This document shows, piece after piece, positions 1 to 8,382 of a DNA stretch of 26,267 nt. The position numbers were made by a program, and so were the translations under genes. The stretch is taken from NCBI GenBank assembly GCA_014859805.1, contig JACUTN010000001.1:1-26267 (forward strand), written 5' to 3'. Source of the DNA: Candidatus Bathyarchaeota archaeon (lineage in GTDB: Archaea > Thermoproteota > Bathyarchaeia > Bathyarchaeales > Bathycorpusculaceae). Every line of letters begins with the position of its first letter. Position 1 is the stretch's first letter. The notes beneath the pieces were generated by a model. The model had not been told where the DNA came from and did no database searches. It saw only the letters and a program-made list of their open reading frames with translations.

Positions 1-205
1 TAAGGATGTGCACGCTATAGTAGTATGTTGGGTTTTCCATGTTTTGAAATGTGCCGGGTGTTGATTCCGGTTTGTCTTCACGAACACTAGAAGTTCATTA
101 TTTAATGTTCAATTGTTTGTTGATAATCATTCAAAGATTTCTTTATAGTTATTAAAGCAAAACATATTACATTCCTAACGAATATCAAGAGTTGGTAGAT
201 ACTGT

Positions 206-2869
206 TTGGCTGTTCCATACATTGACAAGAAGATTGCGAAAGAAGAAATTGGAAGGCTTGTTGAGAAATATAACAAAGTTTTGAGAGAAAACAGAGTCAG
301 CAAATACAATGAAGAGATGACTAAGAAGGATTTCATTCTCCCTTTGTTTCGTGCTTTAGGCTGGAATATTGAAGATTCCACCGAGGTTACGGCGGAAGAG
401 AAAATATCTAAAAAGCGTGTTGATTATGGATTCAGGATTAATGGTATTCCTAAGTTCTTCTTGGAAGCAAAATCACTAAAAGTGGACTTGGATAAGCCAA
501 AATTCTTTGAACAAGCTGTAAACTATGCTTGGCATAAAGGCTGTACTTGGGCTGTTCTTACAGATTTTGAAGCTGTAAAAATACTTAATGCCGAGTGGAG
601 AGCTGCCAATTACTTACAGAGTCATTTTACAACAATTCGTTCTTATGAATTCTTGAAAAGGTTTGACGAATTATGGCTTTTATCGAAAGATAGTTTTGAA
701 CAAGGTTTACTGAACAAAGAAGCTGAAAAATGGGGCAAGAAAACCAAGAAAACCAGTATCGACAAACAACTTCTAGCAGATTTTACGAGATTTAGGGAGA
801 TGCTTTCAAGGAACATAACAAAACTTAACCAAAGCAAACATCTGACAGAAGAAGAATTGGACGAGTCTGTTCAACGAGTTTTGGACAGATTGATTTTTAT
901 CAGGAATTGTGAAGATAGGGAACTTGAAGCAAAAACTCTGATTTCTAGTATGAGGGAATGGGAAAGCAGAGGTAAAGGACAGTTAATAAAGAGCTTGAGA
1001 GAAGTATTCGCTTCTTTCGATAAAAAATACAACAGTAAGATATTTGCTAAACATCTATGCGATGATTTGGAAGTCGATAATGAAGTTCTGCAACAACTGA
1101 TAAGGGGGTTATATTACACTAAAGACAGGTTTTTCACGATTTCCTATGATTTTTCAGCAATAGATGCTGACGTTCTAGGCAACATCTACGAGCAATATTT
1201 GAGCCACATTCTGAGAAAGACTGAAAAAAGAGCGAAACTTACTGAAAGCCGTGTCCATAGAAAAAAGCAAGGGATTTACTATACACCTACGTACATAGTT
1301 GATTATATAGTGAGGAATACTCTGGGAGAGCTACTGAAAGACGAACAGGTTAATGTTGAAAAGATAAGAGTTTTGGATCCTGCTTGTGGTTCTGGCAGTT
1401 TCTTGATTAAAGCCTTTGATGTACTTAATGAGTATTACCTGAAAAATGATAAGGATTATGCTCAAAGTCAATTAGATTTGAAAACAGGGGCGATATTTAC
1501 AAAAAAAGTAAAGATTCTGCAAAACAACATCTTTGGTGTTGATTTAGACAAGCAAGCAGTAGAGATTGCACAGCTCAACCTTTTGCTCAAAATTGCGGAA
1601 AAAGGGCATAGGTTACCTTTATTGGAGCAAAATATCAAATGTGGAAATTCTTTGATTGATGATGAAAAAATAACTGGTAACAAAGCGTTCAAATGGGAAA
1701 AGGAGTTTCAAGAGATCATGAAAGAAGGCGGCTTTGATGTTGTGATAGGGAATCCGCCTTATGGTGCAAAATTATCTGATAAAGAAAAAGGTTTCAAAAA
1801 ACTAAGGTATAAAGACGATAAAACAGGGAATACAGCATCTCTTTTTATCTTAAAGGGGTTAGAATTGGTAAAAGAAGGCGGCTATTTGGCATACATAGTT
1901 CCTAAGCAATTAACCTACATATCATCTTGGGAAAGCATCAGGAAAATATTACTTAAACTAGACGTGGTCTGCATCATTGATGTTTCAGAAGCATTTGAAG
2001 ATGTAGAACTAGAACAAGTTATATTTATTATCAAGAAAGAAAAACGTACCTCAAAAAAACTTGTAGTTGGATTCTCTAATAGGAACAAAATTGAAAAAAC
2101 CTATTCTAATATCAGATACTTTTCTAATGAAAGATTTCCATTATGGATAAACGAAAATAACTATAGCATCTTTGATAAGGTTCTAAAGGATTCGGTGCCT
2201 CTAGGAAAACTAGCTCGAGTAAATTGGGGTGGACCAGTTGCCAAATATTTGTCAAAAACCAGATCCACAGACTCTATCATCTGTTTACGAGGGAGAGAAA
2301 TAAGACGTTATAATATGTTACCAGAGCACTTTATAGAAGAAAAAAACATTGTTCCTTCGTATGTTGTGAAGGGTGAAAAATTATTTGTTCAAAGAATTGT
2401 ATCAAGACGAGGAAAGAAAATTATAGCCAATTATAGAGATGCTAGATTCGTGGCGACGTATTGTAGTCAAGATTATTACGCTGATAAGACTGTGACTATG
2501 GTTTGGGATTCAGAAATCAATGTTAAGTATTTGCTAGGTATCATTAATTCTAAACTAATAAGCTGGTTTGCTCACAGATATTTGTACAACAGGTCGCAAC
2601 TTACGATGGAATTTATGTACAGTTATGCAAGAAATTTCCCTGTACGTAACAGTTTTACTAAGGATCAAGAAATCAAAATTATTAACCTTGTTGACAAAAT
2701 GCTCTCTCTCAACAAACGCCTCAATGAAATCGGTGATAAGCTGACAGATGAAAGAGCAAAGATAGAAGAGGAAATAAGGAAAACTGATGCTGAAATTGAC
2801 GAGTTGGTCTATAAAATCTATGGAATAAGCGAAGCTGAAAAGAAAATCATTGAGAATAGTTTAAAGTAA
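206..2869 (+). CDS. Type IIG restriction-modification enzyme (endonuclease + N6-adenine methyltransferase + target recognition domain in one polypeptide)
   Basis: 887-aa ORF with TTG start. N-terminal HsdR_N-like PD-(D/E)XK region (RVDYGF...FFLEAK), MTase motif I VLDPACGSGSFL, motif IV VIGNPPY (1751-1762), TaqI_C-like YLLGIINSKLISWF, and the typical C-terminal helical tail (DAEIDELVYKIYG). Confidence 0.92.
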   Translation: MAVPYIDKKIAKEEIGRLVEKYNKVLRENRVSKYNEEMTKKDFILPLFRALGWNIEDSTEVTAEEKISKKRVDYGFRINGIPKFFLEAKSLKVDLDKPKFFEQAVNYAWHKGCTWAVLTDFEAVKILNAEWRAANYLQSHFTTIRSYEFLKRFDELWLLSKDSFEQGLLNKEAEKWGKKTKKTSIDKQLLADFTRFREMLSRNITKLNQSKHLTEEELDESVQRVLDRLIFIRNCEDRELEAKTLISSMREWESRGKGQLIKSLREVFASFDKKYNSKIFAKHLCDDLEVDNEVLQQLIRGLYYTKDRFFTISYDFSAIDADVLGNIYEQYLSHILRKTEKRAKLTESRVHRKKQGIYYTPTYIVDYIVRNTLGELLKDEQVNVEKIRVLDPACGSGSFLIKAFDVLNEYYLKNDKDYAQSQLDLKTGAIFTKKVKILQNNIFGVDLDKQAVEIAQLNLLLKIAEKGHRLPLLEQNIKCGNSLIDDEKITGNKAFKWEKEFQEIMKEGGFDVVIGNPPYGAKLSDKEKGFKKLRYKDDKTGNTASLFILKGLELVKEGGYLAYIVPKQLTYISSWESIRKILLKLDVVCIIDVSEAFEDVELEQVIFIIKKEKRTSKKLVVGFSNRNKIEKTYSNIRYFSNERFPLWINENNYSIFDKVLKDSVPLGKLARVNWGGPVAKYLSKTRSTDSIICLRGREIRRYNMLPEHFIEEKNIVPSYVVKGEKLFVQRIVSRRGKKIIANYRDARFVATYCSQDYYADKTVTMVWDSEINVKYLLGIINSKLISWFAHRYLYNRSQLTMEFMYSYARNFPVRNSFTKDQEIKIINLVDKMLSLNKRLNEIGDKLTDERAKIEEEIRKTDAEIDELVYKIYGISEAEKKIIENSLK

Positions 2870-2956
2870 ATGAAAGAGCTTCTCGAACGCATAGCTGATC
2901 CAAACATAGTAAAGTCAAGAGTGAGATTCTATTCATTCAAAGGGTTCCCCGGTTGA
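2870..2956 (+). other. 28-codon ORF (MKELLERIADPNIVKSRVRFYSFKGFPG), possibly a gene remnant
   Basis: ATG directly follows the R-M stop codon (TAAATG); own translation. No recognisable domain. Confidence 0.25.
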
Positions 2957-2962
2957 AAACCA

Positions 2963-3544
2963 ATGAAAAAGATGTTGCGAATGAAGTGTTCTAGTTGTGG
3001 TCACTGGAATCGTGTTCCAGCAAACAAGATTTTCATTGAACAACCTAGTTCAGAGCCTAAAGTCAAGGCTTATATTTCAACGTCAGTACACATAGAAATC
3101 GGGAGATACGAGTTGTCTGCCTTGATTGACGAAGTGGAGAACTTGATTAACAATGAAGCAGATTACAGGAATCGCTATTATGAATTCTTTGTAGACCAAG
3201 AAAAATATTGGGTCAAGTTCTTCAAAAGATGGGATGAAGTTAAACAAGGATACTTACTAACAAAGGCATTCATTCGAAGGGTTCATCTTGCTTATGAATC
3301 GGAATTCCTTTTAAAACGTAGAATCGAACGTGGATCTCAGAGGTCAGTAAGTGCTGACATAGAAAACATCTTTGGGCAGATGCTTAGAGCATTTCTGAAA
3401 GCGAGAAACCTACAAAATCTTGAGGTGAGAATTAATAAGAAATGGTATTCGAAACCTAAAAACCTTCAACCAGATATTCTGGTTTTGTCTGGAATTGCAA
3501 ATTCGGTATGTCGCACACTTCAACTCCGTCGCAGAAAGGTTTAA
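2963..3544 (+). pseudogene. Probable chimeric remnant: half zinc-ribbon N-terminus joined to a truncated PD-(D/E)XK nuclease-like region
   Basis: The N-terminus MKKMLRMKCSSCGHWNRVP has only one CxxC pair. The later QPDILVL resembles a nuclease PD motif, but no (D/E)xK follows before the stop. Confidence 0.5.
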
Positions 3545-3546
3545 AA
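3534..3546 (+). promoter_or_regulatory. BRE + TATA box of mgsA
   Basis: GAAAGG-TTTAAAA about 40 nt upstream of the TTG start; GGTGA Shine-Dalgarno-like motif at 3577-3581. Confidence 0.55.
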
Positions 3547-3585
3547 CTTTTAGAACATATCGGTTTAATTTGAATTGGTGAGATT

Positions 3586-4005
3586 TTGATTCTGAAAAGA
3601 AACATCGCCTTGGTGGCGCATGACAATAAGAAAGATGATTTGGTGGAGTGGGCTGATTTCAATAAAGAAACATTGGCTCTTCACAACTTGTACGCAACTG
3701 GAGACACCGGGAAAAGAATTATCGAGAAAACTGACCTAAGGATTACTTTACTCAAAGGTGGATCTTATGGTGGAGACATGGAGCTTGGCGCTTTGATTGC
3801 TAACGAGAAATTGGATTATTTGATTTTCTTCTGGGATCCTTTGCAATCTCTTCCTCACGATGTCGACGTTAAGGCGCTTCTCAGGATAGCCGTCTTGTAT
3901 AATGTGCCGACTGCTTGTAATAGGGCGACAGCGGATCTAATAATTTCCAGTCCATTGTTTCACAGTCAAGAATACAAGCCGAAAAAGGAACGAGCCAAAA
4001 AGTGA
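3586..4005 (+). CDS. mgsA: Methylglyoxal synthase
   Basis: Motifs IALVAHDNKK, YATG.TG, GGD, LIFFWDPL, PHDVDVKALLR and NVPTACNRATAD match the MgsA family. Confidence 0.92.
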   Translation: MILKRNIALVAHDNKKDDLVEWADFNKETLALHNLYATGDTGKRIIEKTDLRITLLKGGSYGGDMELGALIANEKLDYLIFFWDPLQSLPHDVDVKALLRIAVLYNVPTACNRATADLIISSPLFHSQEYKPKKERAKK

Positions 4006-4078
4006 TTTCTTGTGTGTGGCACATCTCTAGTCCAGATTTTATTTGGCTCCAAATATGCTTGGCACTTTCTCGCGCGCT

Positions 4079-4108
4079 AAGGCTTTTAAGAATTGAACCC
4101 TTTGAATA
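4079..4108 (+). promoter_or_regulatory. Promoter block shared by the two CBS genes (copy 1)
   Basis: AAGGCTTTTAAGAATTGAACCCTTTGAATA, 29/30 identical to 14267-14296; contains a purine-rich BRE-like segment and a TTTTAAG TATA-like box. Confidence 0.7.
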
Positions 4109-4490
4109 TCTTGGGAAGGTCAAGGTTTTGTGGAAGGTAAAAGATGTAATGGTTACAAATGTAGTAACCGTTGACGCTGGTGTGAATCTGAGGAAGGCGG
4201 TTGAACGAATGAATACCCATGAGATAGGTTGCTTGGTCGTGCTGGAGAAAGGAAGTTTCGTGGGAATGTTAACTGAGCGTGACGTTCTGAAGAGAGTCGT
4301 AGTCAAAGCTCGAAATCCCGATGAGACACTCGTAGGAGATGTTATGTCTAAACCTTTGGTAGTTGTGGAACCTGAGGCAAGTTTGGAAGAAGCAGCTAAG
4401 TTAATGTTTGAAAGAAGAATTAAGAAATTGCCAGTGGTAAAGAATAAAAAGCTTGTAGGTCTTGTCACAATGACAGACATAGCACGCATC
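4079..4490 (+). repeat. Dispersed duplication of promoter + CBS pair (copy 1; copy 2 at 14267-14675)
   Basis: Manual alignment gives 95/121 identical residues, plus the conserved upstream 30-mer. Confidence 0.9.
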
Positions 4491-4583
4491 CATCCGCAAA
4501 TGATCGAGTATATTAAGAGCCTTGCCACGAAATATGATCTGCCCAAACGAATGGAAAAAGTTATTCACTACTATGTAGTGTAA
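4128..4583 (+). CDS. CBS-pair (Bateman domain) protein
   Basis: Two CBS repeats (VKDVM...IGCLVV...VGMLTERD; VGDVMS...IKKLPVV...LVGLVTMTD). Start moved from the ORF-track 4002 to TTG 4128 by alignment with the paralog and because the promoter lies at 4079-4108. Confidence 0.9.
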   Translation: MWKVKDVMVTNVVTVDAGVNLRKAVERMNTHEIGCLVVLEKGSFVGMLTERDVLKRVVVKARNPDETLVGDVMSKPLVVVEPEASLEEAAKLMFERRIKKLPVVKNKKLVGLVTMTDIARIHPQMIEYIKSLATKYDLPKRMEKVIHYYVV

Positions 4584-4735
4584 CGTGCATAGTATCTATA
4601 ACCGTTAATCTACTTCTATAACGTTGCATAAGGCAGAAATACTTCGCCACAGTTTCTGCACGCGCTGAAAAGTTATGTTTGTCTAAGTGACCATTGTCTT
4701 TTAGTTTTGCAAATTCGACATACAAGAATCAAGTT

Positions 4736-4778
4736 AGAAGTTGTTGTTTTTTTCCTACGAGAAGAAAAAACAACTTCT
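4736..4778. terminator. Candidate bidirectional terminator (inverted repeat with T-tracts on both strands)
   Basis: AGAAGTTGTTGTTTTTTT-CCTACGAGAAG-AAAAAACAACTTCT, lying between the convergent CBS (+) and macrodomain (-) genes. Confidence 0.45.
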
Positions 4779-4868
4779 GAAGGCTCGATAATTATGGTGA
4801 CTTGCAACACAAGAACGGTTCAATCACTCAAACTAGATAAGTTACAGCCAACTCGTCAAAGTCCAATA

Positions 4869-5444
4869 CTATATGATTTCTTTTGCTGCTTTTTTGTAGA
4901 TTTCCAGGTCATGCCTCGTGAACAAGACAAAGACTACCTTGTCGAGTTTGTCTTCCTTCTCCAGAAACTCTTTCACCGTTGTTAGGGCTATTCTGCTTGC
5001 TTTCTCGATGGGATATCTGTATGCACCTGTGCTTATTGATGGAAACGCTATAGTTTTTAGTCCATTCGAGACTGCTAGTCTTAGTGAGTTGAGGTAGGCT
5101 TCTGCCAAAAGTTCTGGTTCGCCATGGATGCCTCCACGCCAAACCGGCCCAACAGTGTGGATAACGTGTTTAGCCTTTAAATTGCCTCCTGAAGTGATGA
5201 TGGCTCTTCCTGTTGGGAGGCCGTCGGGCCATTCTGTGGCTCTCATGCGTTTGCATTCTTCAAGGATTTTTGGTCCGCCTTTGCGGTGGATTGCTCCGTC
5301 TACGCCGCCGCCTCCCATGAGAGTTGAATTAGCTGCATTCACTATAGCATCGGTACCTTGCTCAGTTATGTCTCCTTTAGCCAAAAGAATTTTCGCTTTA
5401 CTAACTTGAAATTCGTTACCAGCCATCTTTTCCCCAACTATCAT
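4869..5444 (-). CDS. Macrodomain protein (O-acetyl-ADP-ribose deacetylase / ADP-ribosylhydrolase, YmdB/MacroD type)
   Basis: GDIT, AIVNAAN, GGGVDGAIH, VIHTVGP, AFPSISTGAY. ATG at 5444 overlaps the tsr3 stop (ATGA); alternative ATG at 5426. Confidence 0.93.
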   Translation of the reverse strand: MIVGEKMAGNEFQVSKAKILLAKGDITEQGTDAIVNAANSTLMGGGGVDGAIHRKGGPKILEECKRMRATEWPDGLPTGRAIITSGGNLKAKHVIHTVGPVWRGGIHGEPELLAEAYLNSLRLAVSNGLKTIAFPSISTGAYRYPIEKASRIALTTVKEFLEKEDKLDKVVFVLFTRHDLEIYKKAAKEII

Positions 5445-5971
5445 TGCGTTTTCATATTTTCGATAAAGCGTGTTTGCAGTTTTATTATTTCTGTGCTGTC
5501 TTTCGCTTTTGCATAGCTCTCCAGTCTTTCTTGGTTTATTTCAATAAATGTGTGTCCCCATCCAAAGATGGAAAGTAATTGGTTGGCTTCTTCTCTAAAT
5601 CCAGCAATGAACAAGGCTGCAACCAAAGCCTCCACTGTAGTTAGTTTTGTTGGTTTACCAAAGTTAACTGGATTGCCTGCGACTAGAATTGGTAGGCAAC
5701 GGGATGTTCCCCGCACACTTTTTAGCATGACATTTTCTGCGTGTTCCCAACTGCAGTCTAAGGCGGCTAACCCGAATTTTTCAATACGTTGCCCGTCAGC
5801 TGGGGAAAATGCGGTTTTTGAGAATGGGTTAAGAACAACGGCTCTTTTTGGTAAAAACCTTATTTGAGTTACTAAGCGAACTAGCCCGTGACGTTTAAGC
5901 TTTAGGGCTGTGCATTTTTTGGGGTCGCATTGCCCAGCGTGGTAAACAATGATCCTAACTGGTTTTTGCAC
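5441..5971 (-). CDS. tsr3: 16S rRNA aminocarboxypropyltransferase (DUF367/Tsr3)
   Basis: QCDPKKCT, LNPF, LDCSW, LPILVAGNPVNFGKPTKLTTVEAL, FGWGHTF. Confidence 0.93.
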   Translation of the reverse strand: MQKPVRIIVYHAGQCDPKKCTALKLKRHGLVRLVTQIRFLPKRAVVLNPFSKTAFSPADGQRIEKFGLAALDCSWEHAENVMLKSVRGTSRCLPILVAGNPVNFGKPTKLTTVEALVAALFIAGFREEANQLLSIFGWGHTFIEINQERLESYAKAKDSTEIIKLQTRFIENMKTQ

Positions 5972-7505
5972 TCGTTTTTCGCACCTTTAAGTGACTCATG
6001 GGATCGTTTAAAACATGTGGAATCCACTCCAGCAAATCCGTTGAAACCATGTGGTAACCTTTCTCTTCAAAAACAAAGTCTCCAGCAGCACCATTAACAA
6101 AGGCTCCAGCAACAGCAGCCTCAAAAGGATCTATTTGCTGGGCTAGAAAAGCACCAACAACTCCCGAAAGCACGTCTCCGGTTCCACCAACAGTCATTCC
6201 CGCATTACCAGTGAAATTCAGTTTGAAACTTTTTCCGTCAGAGATTATGTCTACCGGCCCCTTCAACAATATCACTGCAGCCAGCTCTGCCGCAGTTCTC
6301 TGCACCACTGCAATTCTTTCATCAAAATTCTCTGGTAGTTTTTCACCAGTTAGTACGGCGTATTCCCCAGCGTGAGGCGTCAACACCAAAGGCACGTTCA
6401 AAGGTCTCTTGAACTCTGCAAAGGCTTTCAAACCGTCTGCATCCAAGAGCAGTGGTTTTCCAGAGCCTTCAACAACCTCAACAATAGCCCTAACAAACTC
6501 TCTTGTTTCAGTATGCAAACCAAGACCAGGCCCCAAAACAACTGCATTGGCTATTTCTATATACCTTCTTAAGCCAGATACGTTACTCGGGTTGAGGTGT
6601 TCACCATCAAGTTTTATGGTGATTAGATTTGGCGACATGGAAGATATGGCGTATGCTGTTTTTGCTGGGGCTGCAACATAAGTTAGGTCAACACCAGCTC
6701 GTAAAGCAGCTAGAGCCACCAGAGCTGGGGCTCCAGAAAAAGTTTCGCTTCCTCCAATGACTAGTAGGCGTCCAAAATCTCCCTTATGTGATTTCGATGG
6801 ACGTGGTTTTGTAACGAATAGTACGTCTCCAGGACCTGCGAACTTGGCAAATTCTTTGGGTAAGCCTATGTCTTTCACAACTAGCTCCCCAACGTAGTCT
6901 TTTGCATTTTCAAGTCCTTTTTTCGTTTTGTGAAATGTTATTGTCAAGTTGGCATTCACAGCTTGACCCAAGACTTCGCCAGTGTCAGCATCTATTCCGG
7001 TTGGTACATCAACTGCCACTCGGAAAGCATTAGTAGCGTTAATTTTTTCGACCAACTGTAGGATTGGCGGTCTTAACTTTCCTTTTGTGCCAGTTCCAAG
7101 CAATGCATCGATGACTATCTCAGCGTTTACTTCTGGTATGAGTGAGCTATCGTACACTTCGTGAATGGGAATGATTTCTTTCAGGAACTGTAGGGCTTTC
7201 CAGTTTTCTAAGGCTTCCTTATGAGCGATTTGCCTAGCCTCCCCCGCGAGGATTACTTTAACTTCGAAACCTTTTGAAGAAAGATGTCTTGCTGCAACGA
7301 AGCCGTCGCCACCGTTTCCTCCTAAACCGCAAAAAATCGCAACTGATTTGTCTGGTTTAAATCTTGAAGCGATTTCTAATGCCACGTTATGTCCGGCATT
7401 TTCCATGAGTTGAAGTCTGGAAACCCCGAAATATTCAGCGTTCAATTCCAAAGCACGCATTTCCGTGCTTGTAATAGAATCTTTTGTGTCGCTTTCTTGC
7501 AACAT
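5955..7505 (-). CDS. nnr: Bifunctional NAD(P)H-hydrate epimerase / ADP-dependent NAD(P)HX dehydratase
   Basis: YjeF_N (LMENAG, GNGGDG, DALLGTG, VDVPTG) plus YjeF_C (KGDFG, GPGLG, LLLDAD, LTPHAGE, GGTGDVLSG). ATG 7505 preferred over TTG 7517. Confidence 0.95.
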   Translation of the reverse strand: MLQESDTKDSITSTEMRALELNAEYFGVSRLQLMENAGHNVALEIASRFKPDKSVAIFCGLGGNGGDGFVAARHLSSKGFEVKVILAGEARQIAHKEALENWKALQFLKEIIPIHEVYDSSLIPEVNAEIVIDALLGTGTKGKLRPPILQLVEKINATNAFRVAVDVPTGIDADTGEVLGQAVNANLTITFHKTKKGLENAKDYVGELVVKDIGLPKEFAKFAGPGDVLFVTKPRPSKSHKGDFGRLLVIGGSETFSGAPALVALAALRAGVDLTYVAAPAKTAYAISSMSPNLITIKLDGEHLNPSNVSGLRRYIEIANAVVLGPGLGLHTETREFVRAIVEVVEGSGKPLLLDADGLKAFAEFKRPLNVPLVLTPHAGEYAVLTGEKLPENFDERIAVVQRTAAELAAVILLKGPVDIISDGKSFKLNFTGNAGMTVGGTGDVLSGVVGAFLAQQIDPFEAAVAGAFVNGAAGDFVFEEKGYHMVSTDLLEWIPHVLNDPMSHLKVRKTSAKTS

Positions 7506-7653
7506 GGTTAAACCCAATAGCTAATATGATTACACACATTTACCTTTTGTGTGCTCGCAAAGAGAAACCCTAAAAAGTTTTCATACAATAGATTTAAAAA
7601 AAGCAATAACAATCACTCTTGTGAAAGCTATCAAGCAAAGAGGAGGTATCGAA

Positions 7654-8208
7654 TTGAAAGTTTTGGTCGCTTACTACAGTGAAACTGGAAACACAGAGAA
7701 GATCGCCAAGGCAATTCACGAAGAGGTTTCAAAAGAACATGAAGCACATTTGAAGGAAATCAAGGAGGTTACAGCAGACACTCTGAATAGTTATGATCTA
7801 GTTTTTCTAGGTTCTGCTTGTCATTCGGCGGACTTGGCGGCTCCGGTCAAGAGAATCCTAGAAGCTCTTCCCAAATCACCTAGATTCAAGCTTGCAGGAT
7901 TCTTCACTCACTCGGTTCCATGTCCTGAAGGGAGCGCCAGTGCACGCAATTTGTTCAATCGATGGGCAGGTAAATGCATAGTATCCTTTGAAAAGGTGAA
8001 CAAAGAAAAACAACTTGACTTCAAGGGGTATTTCAATTGTGAAGGTGTGCCTTCTTCTCCAATCCAAGAATTCATAAAGAACGAGGTAATCGTGTCTGCC
8101 GATGAGTGGGAAGCGTACATGAAAGAATTGATAAAACATCCAAGCGCTGAGGATTTGCAGAAGGCTAAGGAATTCGCTCGCGAAGTACTGTCGCACACGA
8201 AATTCTAA
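7654..8208 (+). CDS. Flavodoxin-family protein
   Basis: FMN phosphate loop YYSETGNTEKIA and DLVFLGS. GAGGAGGT Shine-Dalgarno at 7640-7647 places the start at TTG 7654 rather than 7549. Confidence 0.85.
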   Translation: MKVLVAYYSETGNTEKIAKAIHEEVSKEHEAHLKEIKEVTADTLNSYDLVFLGSACHSADLAAPVKRILEALPKSPRFKLAGFFTHSVPCPEGSASARNLFNRWAGKCIVSFEKVNKEKQLDFKGYFNCEGVPSSPIQEFIKNEVIVSADEWEAYMKELIKHPSAEDLQKAKEFAREVLSHTKF

Positions 8209-8382
8209 CTGTTTCTAACAGAAGGAAAAACAGCTTTTTTCAAAGCCATGTTTATTATTTGCTCTAGAGCCGCACCTGTTGCTTTACTCTATTAACGTAT
8301 TGTCTTTCAAAGAAGAAGTGGAGGATAGAAGATCTTCGGGGAAAACGAATGCTTTTTTAACTAGGGCACATACTTTTTGGTC

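Noticed and set aside
206-2869. Type I R-M system (HsdR_N-like start)
   Set aside because: No DEAD-box translocase domain and no separate HsdM/HsdS; nuclease, MTase and TRD are in one ORF.
2870-2956. Possible integrase fragment
   Set aside because: No R-H-R-H-Y residues; the resemblance is too weak to call.
4002-4127. N-terminal extension of the CBS ORF in the ORF track
   Set aside because: It spans the conserved promoter block and is absent from the paralog.
4673-4985. ORF 4707-4985 (+) and a 45-codon minus ORF 4810-4673 with CRIC
   Set aside because: The first overlaps the macrodomain gene antisense; both run through T/A tracts and a hairpin and have no SD or family features.
4869-5444. 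Macrodomain as a DarG-type antitoxin or anti-phage component
   Set aside because: No adjacent ADP-ribosyltransferase or sirtuin; it is coupled to housekeeping genes.
7549-7653. N-terminal extension of the flavodoxin
   Set aside because: It overlaps the divergent promoter region, and a strong SD sits just before TTG 7654.
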